The position numbers were made by a program, and so were the translations under genes. Shown here in pieces: positions 40,933 to 51,910 of a DNA stretch of 64,000 bases (position 1 is the stretch's first letter; each line of letters starts with the position of its first letter). The notes below the pieces were generated by a model. That model was not told where the DNA came from. It saw only the letters and a list, made by a program, of their open reading frames with translations, and searched no databases. The DNA is from Octopus vulgaris (lineage: Eukaryota). The DNA lies in NCBI GenBank assembly GCA_951406725.2, contig OX597831.1:79608001-79672000 (forward strand). The letters run 5' to 3'.

Positions 40933-41471
40933 CATTATTATTATTATTATTATTATTACTGTAAGTAGGTCTCTGAATTTCCAACTTCAATTAAACATCG
41001 TGTTATATTCTGCTCCTTTGCACTTTAGTAACTAAAAAAATTTTGTTTTTGTTTTCTTGCCTTGTTTACAGTCATCAACTTGCATTCCAAATTACACACA
41101 CACACACATACACACACACACACATGCAAGCACACACTCATACGTACGTAAATATGGTGTGCGTCGCTTCGTGAGTGACGACTTGCATGTGTTGGTGTGT
41201 GGAAACACCTGAACGCTCGCGAAGAATATATATTTGATATCAAAGATGGCGATAAGTTGTTTACACTTGAAAGAGGCCATAATGAAAGATCTTTTGGCCT
41301 TTGTTAAGGCAACGACGAAGCGTCGTTTTGATCTCGTAAAAATATAAATATATATTTTACAAGTATGTCTTTTTCATAGAATTCGGTAAATTCTTCATTT
41401 TACGCTTTGATTCAGTCAATGTCTCTATTTCTTTCTTTCTCTCTTTCTCTATGTGATGTATACACATGTGT

Positions 41472-41514
<43 letters not shown>

Positions 41515-41749
41515 TATCACTTGGTCACTTTGCACGTTATGTTTATGTTAAGCTGTGCTTCTTCCATTCCCTCCCCCTTCTCCCATTCTCGCTCTCTTTC
41601 TCTTCATCTCTTTCTCTTCATCTCTTCCTCTTCAATCTTGCTCCATGTCTCTTTCTCTCTATTGCTATGACTTTTAATGTCTTTCCTCACACGAACATAC
41701 GCATACACTCAGGTACAGCCACATATAGATACACACTCACACGTGAATG

Positions 41750-41781
<32 letters not shown>

Positions 41782-42154
41782 CATCCATGCGCATGTGCAT
41801 ATATACATACATATACATATATATATCTATATATATATATAAATACACATAATATATATACATATATATATACACAAATATATGTGTTAATGTATATATA
41901 TTTGTAGCACTGTATATTTACATGTATACATGCATGTAAATATACGTACACATAAGGGAGTTACACACACACACAGATGCACATATTTATATATATATAT
42001 ATATATATACTTATACATATATATGTGTGTATTTATGTATGTATATATGTATATATGTGTATATTCATGTATATATATATATATATATATATATGCATAT
42101 ATATAATGTATATATTTCTATATATATATATGTATGTATATATATATATATAAT

Positions 42155-42303
<149 letters not shown>

Positions 42304-42378
42304 TGATTATATTCTATAAGCGTTTATTAATTGAAAACATCCGTAGCAGTCAGACCTATTGTCACAATCAATCTGTCC

Positions 42379-42434
<56 letters not shown>

Positions 42435-42680
42435 CTCTCTCTTTCACTTTCACTTTCTCTTCCTCCTCCTCCTCTCTCCCTCTATCTCTCTCTTTCTCCC
42501 TGACATTCTCCCCCCCCACCTTCCTTTACACCTCCACCTCCATTCCTCGCACCATCTCCCTGTCCTTCACCTATTTCTTGGAACTAACCGCCTCCCCACC
42601 AACCCACTCATTGTTTTATATTTCCATCACAGTCCTTTTGTTCTCTCTGCTTATACACGTACATATATATACATATACAC

Positions 42681-42759
<79 letters not shown>

Positions 42760-43031
42760 TATGTACATGTATATGTATATGTATACATAAGTTTATATGT
42801 ATGTATATGAAACTATATAAAGGTATATGTTATATATATATGTGCACGTGCCTCTGTACGTATCTATGTATGTGTAATTAAATGTGTTTTGTTGGTTTTT
42901 TTTCGATATGTTTCCATTAATGAGAAACCATTTGACAATACTTATTACAAATTGGCTGTTCATTTATCTGGGCGATGCGTGTATATACACACACACACAT
43001 ACACAGACACACACACACACATATATATATA

Positions 43032-43093
<62 letters not shown>

Positions 43094-43172
43094 TATATAT
43101 ATGCATATATATACGCTTATATATACACTGCGTATACATTTGTATATATTCATGCATGCATATCTATTAAAC

Positions 43173-43217
<45 letters not shown>

Positions 43218-44682
43218 GTATGTATATGTATATATATATATGTATATAGATATTTATATATATGTATGTATACATTTACTTACATTTATACAAGCATACA
43301 CCCACCACCTACATACATCCGTCCGTACACTAATACTTATACATACATGCATATATGTAGAGATAAATGACGTTGTATATATGTAGTTGGCTAATATACA
43401 TAGACACGCAGACACACACCGACATACATATATACACAAACACACGTATATACACACGCATTTGTCTGCTTCTGTAATCCGGGCTAGAACGCTGGTTGAC
43501 ACATGGAGTTGTGTCTCTGCAAGTGTTTAAGGCGTTCTCATGCTTTTATTTTCGAATTGTATTCACAGATATATTCAATGAATTTATTCATCATAATCAA
43601 CCATCCCCGTTGCTTCTGTCTCTCTTTCACGCCCTTCGTATTCCTCGCTCTCTCTCTCTCTCTCTCCCCACTTCGTCTTCTTCTTCTTCTGAATATCGCT
43701 CCTGAGTTTCCCGCCTTTTCTCCTACTCCAACAATCGCCATCTTGTTCTCTTTTCGTCTCTCGCTTCTCTCATCCTTTCATTCCCGTTTATTCTCTGATA
43801 TGCGTCCTTTTTTTCTCCTTTCTCATCTGTCTCTTCAAATTATATATGTGTGTGTGTATGTGCGTGTTAGTGTGTGCATGCGTGTATACATATGTAAATA
43901 AACGCACACACACTCACACACACACACACGCACAAACACGCACATACGCACATCTATATATATCTATATACATGTGCATTTATATATATTACATATGTAT
44001 ATATATATATATTTATACGTACGTCTGTTTATGTGTGCGTATATATGCATGTATCCAAGCACGTATCCATATGTGAGCATGTATGTATATATGTATGTAT
44101 GGCGGTGGGGGGGTCTAATGTTGATGCCTGTACAATTACTTGTGTTTTCTGATAGGAGCCTACATTTCTACGGTGTATATTATTTAAGTATAAGGTTTGA
44201 ATTATATACACATCAATGGATGTGGAGAGATAAAGGTTTGAATTTTTCAAGTTGACACCCATTCATCCATCCATCCATACATACAAACACCCATATATAC
44301 ATACATACATACATACATACATACATACATACATACAAACACATACATGCATACATACAAACACATACATACACACAGATACATAATACACACATGCATA
44401 CATACATGCATACATAGACATACATACACATACATACATACAAACACATACATACGCACACACACAGATACATAATACACACATACATACACACATGCAT
44501 ACATGTACACATACATACATACACACATGCATACATACATACATACAAACACACACATGCATTTTACATGTACATATATGCATACATAAATGTACATGTA
44601 TAACCAAGCATATGTATGTATGCATGTTTGTACGTATGTACGTATGTATGTGTGTATGTATGTTTGTATGTATGCGTATGTC

Positions 44683-44761
44683 AGGTCACTTTCGAGTGCT
44701 ACTGGTAACATGTAACCCAGTACAACCTGTTGCATGGTCTGGTCGTCGGCGACTAAACCGG
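44683..44761 (+). ncRNA. Degenerate HDV-like ribozyme
   Basis: P1 AGGUCAC/AUGGUCU; P2 CCAGU/ACCGG; P3 ACA/UGC with L3 ACCUGU; P1.1 CC/GG; P4 UCG-UCGG-CGA; J4/2 CUAA. Confidence 0.55.
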
Positions 44762-45135
44762 CAACCCCACCAAGCATGCTTGGTGAGGAAGGTGTTTATT
44801 GGACACCCTGCGGGATGAAAATCAAAACCCGTTAAAGGGCGGAGAGACTCTTGAGAGTCAACGGCCATCCAATAAATGTCTTAAGGATATATCATGCGCG
44901 GGGACATAGAAATAATCGGACTGAATACCCGATTGCGCGGTTAAACCATTGGAAGTGAAGGACTCCTAGCTTTTGTTAGGGCATCCTTCTAGGAGAAGGT
45001 AACTCGGGTAACTGGGATAACTCCGACATAAAACCTGCGGCTCAGCGGTTACCGATGATGTTGATTTGTTCTTCTTTTCGGATTATGGCTGCTGTTGCTT
45101 AGTGAGTGGGATTGACTCAGTGCACAGCCTTTCCT
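44683..45135 (+). mobile_element. RTE-clade LINE 5' UTR fragment
   Basis: Contains GGGCATCCTTCTAGGAGAAGGTAACTC...AAACC, resembling the conserved RTE 5' UTR motif (recall). Begins with an HDV-like fold. Confidence 0.6.
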
Positions 45136-45239
45136 CACTTTAAAAAAAAATCTTCTTGCACAGGCATTGCACGATAACAACATTGGTTAAGCTTCGTGCA
45201 ATGGCCATACTCGATAACGAGGGGGCAGCCACCATATAG

Positions 45240-46263
45240 GTGAGGAATAGTGCGAAGTCGGGAGAGTAAGGAGATGAGGAAATAGTGCGAAGTCGGGAGA
45301 GTAAGGAGATGAGGAAGGATTTCATAGCTGCAGGAGTATGCCTTCATCTGGGCAAGATGCGCATTGTGAACTGGGCCGTTGTCTCGGAGGAGTTGGACTC
45401 CTTTGGTCAGCATGCCACACCTCTACTTTGATGGCGCCCTGCAATTTCTGCATCAGAGAAGCATAATATTCCCTATTAATTGTGGTACCTTTGCCAGAAA
45501 ATCCATCATCACTACTCCGCGCTGGTCCCAAAACACTGTGAGCATCACCTTGCCTGCTGAGGGTTGGACATGAGCCTTTTTTGGTTGTGGTTAGTTATCA
45601 AGCTTCCATTGCTTCGACTGGAGTTTAGTCTCAGGATCATAGTGATGGACCCTGTGTGATATGTCTGACGAAAAAGACCTTTTCTTGGCACATGTGTCAA
45701 AAGATCCTGGGCGCAACTGACTCGTTCCTACTTCTGAAAAGGTATGAGCATCCAGGAAATCCACCGTACAGACAACATCAGCATGCATGTACAAATGACC
45801 GAGAATGATATTTTTCCACGGACCCCACACTTAGCTTCATTTCTAGTTGCCCAGGAGTTACGCGGTGATCTCCCATAATAGCGACTTCCCCATTATGGAC
45901 GCTGTTGTCATCAATGGCGGAATGTGGTCGTCCGGGAATAAGAGCAGTTTCCACCGATATCCAACCGCATTTGATCTGGCGATGCTAGGGCTTGATTACA
46001 TCATATGATGCTGCATCGTCACCATAGACTTCTTTCATTTCATCGAAGGTCTCATTTGGTGTACGACCTTTCAAGTATCAGAGCCTGATCACCGATCTCT
46101 ATTCAATCGCCTCCATTATAGCACTTTTGTCCACTTCAGCAGCCGTAAAAGACAAAGAAATAATAGTGGAAAGCTGCAATTTATGTATGATTGTACCTGC
46201 ACAAATAGCGTTTCCTGCAATATGTTGACGTGGGTCAGAAGAAATATTTAATGAGCACCTCTC

Positions 46264-46265
<2 letters not shown>
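45240..46265 (-). pseudogene. Mariner transposase pseudogene, near full-length
   Basis: Fragments ...KGRTPNETFDEMKEVYGDDA..., VHHYDPETKLQSKQW, AGKVMLTVFWDQRGVVMMDFLAKGTTINREYY, LLRDNGPVH, PYSPD, with many frameshifts. Confidence 0.9.
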
Positions 46266-46316
<51 letters not shown>

Positions 46317-46496
46317 ATTAGGGCTTAGTAAAATAAATTACTTTGCCACATACTGAACTTAGTAGAAATAGCAGCCAAAAAAATTTTCTTAGCATTTCTA
46401 CAACTTAAAGAAAATTTCTCTCAGATAATGTTTACTCTAGACAGCCCACGAAGGTTTGGAGGTAAATACAGAAAAATATCACAAGTACATAGATCG

Positions 46497-46559
46497 TTTG
46501 AGTACGTCAACGTTTCAAGATTAGCCAAATAAAATCAGCATTTCTATCGTCAGCTCAAA
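46497..46559 (-). ncRNA. Type I hammerhead ribozyme (family P7, copy 1)
   Basis: UUUGAG-CUGACGA-U-AGA..GCUGA(uuuuau)UUGGC..UCU-U-GAAA-CGU(ug)ACGU-A^CUCAAA. Intact core, perfect 6-bp stem I. Confidence 0.8.
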
Positions 46560-47058
46560 ATTTCTTAATTTGGATTTGGAATCACTAAAAAGAAGGAACT
46601 TTACCTATCAGCGAAGTTATCGCTTCAGATGAACCACTCCGACTAACAGTGTCAACAAATTCAAAATGCGCAGGCGTAAATTTCTTCAATCCGCTTCCAC
46701 CCACGTGGTCTATCTAGCAAACATTATATTTTAACCGCGAGAACCGAGGCAGTATGACCGAGAGAAATGAATTATAATATCAACAATTGAGGGTAAAATT
46801 AATTAATTAATCAATTTCACCAAGTGTTCAGTATGTAAAAGGACCATTTAAGGCGAATTCAAAATTTTACATTATATAATTAGGGCTTAGTAAAATAAAT
46901 TACTTTGCCACATACTGAACTTAGTAGAAATAGCAGCCAAAAAAATTTTCTTAGCATTTCTACAACTTAAAGAAAATTTCTCTCAGATAATGTTTACTCT
47001 AGACAGCCCATGAAGGTTTGGAGGTAAATACAGAAAAATATCACAAGTACATAGATCG

Positions 47059-47121
47059 TTTGAGTACGTCAACGTTTCAAGATTAGCCAAATAAAATCAG
47101 CATTTCTATCGTCAGCTCAAA
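47059..47121 (-). ncRNA. Type I hammerhead ribozyme (family P7, copy 2)
   Basis: Identical to copy 1, 562 bp away. Confidence 0.8.
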
Positions 47122-47448
47122 ATTTCTTAATTTGGATTTGGAAATACTAAAAGAAGGAACTTTACCTATCAGCGAAGTTATCGCTTCAGATGAACCACTC
47201 CGACTAACAGTGTCAACAAATTCAAAATGCGCAGGCGTAAATTTCTTCAATCCGCTTCCACCCACGTGGTCTATCTAGCAAACATTATATTTTAACCGCG
47301 AGAACCGAGGCAGTATGACCGAGAGAAATGAATTATAATATCAACAATTGAGGGTAAAATTAATTAATTAATCAATTTCACCAAGTGTTCAGTATGTAAA
47401 AGGACCATTTAAGGCGAATTCAAAATTTTACATTATATAATTAGGGCT

Positions 47449-47509
<61 letters not shown>

Positions 47510-47767
47510 GTATATACATATATATATATATATATATACATATGTTATAAATACACGTGGTTGTTTTGTGCTTTTTTGTCGCCGACACCCTCAGACACAG
47601 GTATTGCTTAATTTTCATTACCGTAACTTAGCGGTTTAGCGGTAGGAAATTGATAGAACAAGTATCAGAGTTTTAAAAAAAGAACTGAGTTCTTTTTTAT
47701 CAAGTAAAACCTTAGAGGACGTACTCCAGCTGCGCCGCAGTGAAACAAAAAGTTAAGAGGATATATC

Positions 47768-47809
<42 letters not shown>

Positions 47810-47905
47810 GGAGTAAACACATAAATGTGAAACAAGGTGGAAAAAGAGTACTCAAATACCAGTGGTAGAGTAATATGCTTTATTTTAAGCAGCAGAAAAT
47901 TCAAC

Positions 47906-47953
47906 AAAATCTGTTACTCTGAGTTTCTCGTTGCCGTTCATCAGACAGTTTTT
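47906..47953 (-). ncRNA. Minimal type I hammerhead with GNRA-capped stem II (family P8)
   Basis: AAAAACUGU-CUGAUGA-A-CG(GCAA)CG-A-GAAA-CUC(a)GAGU-A^ACAGAUUUU, in a short element (about 47805-47957) between (TA)n tracts. Confidence 0.72.
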
Positions 47954-47965
47954 GCTATATATATA

Positions 47966-48037
<72 letters not shown>

Positions 48038-48059
48038 TAAATATATATATGTATGTATG

Positions 48060-48094
<35 letters not shown>

Positions 48095-48151
48095 GTATGT
48101 ATGTATATATATATATATGTATATATGTATGTATGTATGTTTGTACGTATA

Positions 48152-48570
48152 AAGGTGAAAGAGTGGCTGTGTGGCATGAAGTTTGCTTACCAACCACATG
48201 GTTCCGGGTTCAGTCCCCTTGCGTGGTACATTAGGCAAGTGTTTTCTACTATAGCCTAGGGCCAACCAAAGACTTGTGAATTAATGTGATGGACAGAAAC
48301 TGAAAGAAGCCCGTCGTATATGTGTGTGTGTATGTGTGTCTATTTGTATGTCTGTGTTTCTCTAGCCCACCATTGCTTGACAACCGATGTTGGTGTGTTT
48401 ACGTCCCAGTAACAAAGCGGGTTCGGCAATAGGGTACGATAGAATTAGTACTAGGCTTACAAAGAATAAGTGCTGGGGGCGATTTATTCGACGAAATCGC
48501 GGCGGGGCTCCAGCATGGTCGTAGTCAAATGACTGAAACAAGTAAAAGAGTTTAAAGAGTAAAAGAGTAT
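48152..48570 (+). mobile_element. SINE family A
   Basis: Full head and tail. Confidence 0.85.
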
Positions 48571-48671
48571 ATAAATGGAACAGAGATATACCATTCGAAG
48601 AATTGACAGAATGAAGCAAATGAAAGAATGAAAGAAAATATACAAATATGTATGTATATGTATACATACAT

Positions 48672-48794
<123 letters not shown>

Positions 48795-49180
48795 ACATAA
48801 ATACACTTGTGTGCTTTCGGGGATATTAACCTAAATAGGATCGCGAGGAAAAACAATGTGTACGAGGCTGCACAGGTACGCGTGTGTTCAGGTGATAATG
48901 ATTTTCAGCCCCGCTAAATTCTCTCCAGGTGTCCGGTTTTAGAAGAAGATTTAGCTATGGATTATGGGTCAGAGGGCAATGAATGTTTGCGTAACCAGGG
49001 TATCATTGTATAGCTACCTCTTGGTAACCGAGTCATTTTTTATGCTACACCTATGCCCCGTACCGCTAATCAACCGCCACCGCTGTAACCGCCTTGCCGG
49101 AAGATAAAGAGACAATTAAATGAATGTGTGTGCGTGTGTGTGTCTATTTATACATATATACATATATATATACAAATATT

Positions 49181-49215
<35 letters not shown>

Positions 49216-49292
49216 ACACACACACGTATGTATATATATATATGCTTATATACGTATGCATATATACATGTTTATATATACATACATAAATG

Positions 49293-49345
<53 letters not shown>

Positions 49346-49347
49346 TT

Positions 49348-49387
<40 letters not shown>

Positions 49388-49529
49388 TTGCATATATAAT
49401 TATATTGATATACATACACAAATTAATGGATAAACGAAAGCGATTGTATTTTCGATATTGGTTCTTTTAACGTTATACACAAACAGACTGAACGACAGAC
49501 AGACAGACAGATAGATCGATCGATCGATC

Positions 49530-49595
<66 letters not shown>

Positions 49596-49644
49596 GACAG
49601 ACAGAACGACAAACAGATAGACCGTCAGACAGACAGATATATAA

Positions 49645-49683
<39 letters not shown>

Positions 49684-50042
49684 TATAGATAAATAGATAG
49701 AGAGAGAGATAGATAGGTAGAGAGAGAGAGGAAGAGGGAGTGAGAGAGAGATTTGGGAAGCTCTTTCTGCCAATAAAAGACACGCGCTGGCTGCATGTCA
49801 CCTGAGCTTTATAATGAATTATTTAAATGATTAACATAGTAATTGATTGCTTTATTAATTAATTAGCTTTTCAAAGTTCTTTGATCCTATGACCCTATCG
49901 ATCACGAATTTTCGCCCAACTACATCGTCGTTGTTGCATACACCCATAACCTGGTTTTCACTAGAATTACAGAATTTAGCAAGCATTTTTTTTTTTAATT
50001 CTGGTACATACAACGTTTAAAACATGTGTATATACGTATAAT

Positions 50043-50709
50043 TATTAGGTCGCCAAGTGTGAAATTTGTAGTAAGGTATATGGTAAATTTTGACAGCTGC
50101 TCATTTTACGCCATTATTATATTTTGGCAATCTTTGTTTTTTGTCAGAAAGCTGACACATCTATTTCTTTGTTCTAACTCATTTTGCACTTTATAAAGTA
50201 TTTGTAAATCGTTTTTCTTTTTGTTTGCTATTTTTGTTTAGAGATGGATAAGTCGGAAATTCGTACAGTTTTGAAATATGTGTTCTTTCTTGGAAATACA
50301 GCATCACAAACAGTTCGGAATATTAATGGAGTATTTCATTCCAATGTTATTACACAACAGGCAGTACAAAATTGGTTCGCAAAATTTCGTTCTGGTAACT
50401 TTGACCTCACAAATTAGCAACGCGGTCGACCAGAAACAAAGGTGGATAATGACAAACTGAAAGCTACTGTCGAGTCAGATCCATCTCAAGTTGTTTGGTG
50501 TTAACAAGCAAACAATATTGACTCACCTAGTTTAAATCGGTAAAGGAAAAAAGTTGGATAAGTGGGTCCCACATGAACTCAATGAAAATCAGAAACAGCA
50601 ACGTTTGGAAGCCTGCATTGTGCTACTTTCTCGTCACAAAAATGAATCATTTTTGAATCGAATTCTAACATATGATGAGAAATGGATCCACTACAACAAC
50701 CGTAAACGT
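50043..50709 (+). pseudogene. Mariner element 5' half (TIR plus transposase N-terminus to first catalytic D)
   Basis: ATG at 50244: MDKSEIRTVLKY...WFAKFRSGNFDL...RGRP...KKLDKWVPHELNENQK...FLNRILTYDEKWIHYNNRKR. Has the WVPHEL and TxDEKW motifs and internal stops. Confidence 0.92.
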
Positions 50710-50750
50710 GCATGCGTGCGTGTGTATACGTATACCTCTATCTATTTGTA

Positions 50751-50965
50751 TTGGGTTGTCCGAAAAGTTCGTGCCGATTTATACTAGTTTACCTTTCGAC
50801 TTACCCTCCAAGGCACCACGATTCTGAGAGGAGGGTATTTTCAAGTTAAAGGAAAGATCGTGCAACAAAATGGTTCATATTTGGTTGATTAAAAATGTAA
50901 TGGCAAGTATTTATTGACCTTTTTCTTTCCTGTAAAAATCGGCACCAACTTTCCGGACAACCCAA
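50751..50965. mobile_element. Mariner-derived MITE
   Basis: TIRs TTGGGTTGTCCGAAAAGTTCGTGCCGATTT / AAATCGGCACCAACTTTCCGGACAACCCAA, flanked by TA on both sides. Confidence 0.88.
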
Positions 50966-51019
50966 TACATTCTGTGTTAGACGTCACAATGCGGTTGTTG
51001 TATTAAATTGGGTGTGTAG

Positions 51020-51096
<77 letters not shown>

Positions 51097-51100
<4 letters not shown>

Positions 51101-51369
51101 GTTAGGGCAGCAGACTCGCGGTCGTAGGATCGCGGTTTCGATTCCCAGGCAGGGCGTTGTGAGTGTTTATTGAGCGAAAACACCTAAAAGCTCCACGAGG
51201 CTCCAGCATAGGGTGGTGGCGAACCCTGTTGTACTGTTTCTCCCAATCTTTCTTCTGTTGGCCTGCTCGCTTAGCCAGCGGGGTGGCGTCACTCGAAGGC
51301 TAAAACAATGCGTACGCATTTTAACCAGCGATGTGTAACAACATCTGATTGTCTGGTCGGTCACGTGAT

Positions 51370-51370
<1 letters not shown>
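51097..51370 (+). mobile_element. SINE family C with tail type 2
   Basis: Family C head followed by TTGGCCTGCTCGCTTAGCCAGCGGGG...GGTCGGTCACGTGATA. Confidence 0.85.
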
Positions 51371-51405
<35 letters not shown>

Positions 51406-51409
<4 letters not shown>

Positions 51410-51601
51410 AGGAGTGGCTGTGTGGTAAGTAGCTTGCTAACCAACCACATATATATATGGAGTGGCTGTCTACCAACCGCAGGGTTCCGGGTTCAGTCCC
51501 ACTGCGTGGCACCTTGGGTAAGTGTCTTCTACTATAGCCTCGGGCCGGCCAAAGCCTTGTGAGTGGATTTGGTAGACGGAAACTGAAAGAAGCCCGTCGT
51601 A

Positions 51602-51654
<53 letters not shown>

Positions 51655-51655
51655 G

Positions 51656-51713
<58 letters not shown>

Positions 51714-51910
51714 TGTGTTTGCGTTTGTCCCCTAGCATTGCTTGACAACCGATGCTGGTGTGTTTATGTCCCCGTCACTTAGCGGTTCGGCAAAAGACAC
51801 CAATAGAATAAGTACTGGGCTTACAAAAGAATAAGTCCCGGGGTCGAGTTGCTCGAGTAAAGGCGGTGCTCCAGCATGGCTGCAGTCAAATGACTGAAAC
51901 AAGTAGAAGA
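51406..51910 (+). mobile_element. SINE family A with partially duplicated head
   Basis: GGAGTGGCTGT occurs twice (about 51411 and 51459); full tail. Confidence 0.88.

Larger units (their letters stand above)
46310..47450 (-). repeat. Head-to-tail tandem of a 562/561-bp unit (2 units plus about 18 bp) inside (TA)n, retrozyme/Penelope-like
   Basis: Units start at 46310, 46872 and 47433 and are nearly identical, with one hammerhead per unit. Confidence 0.93.
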
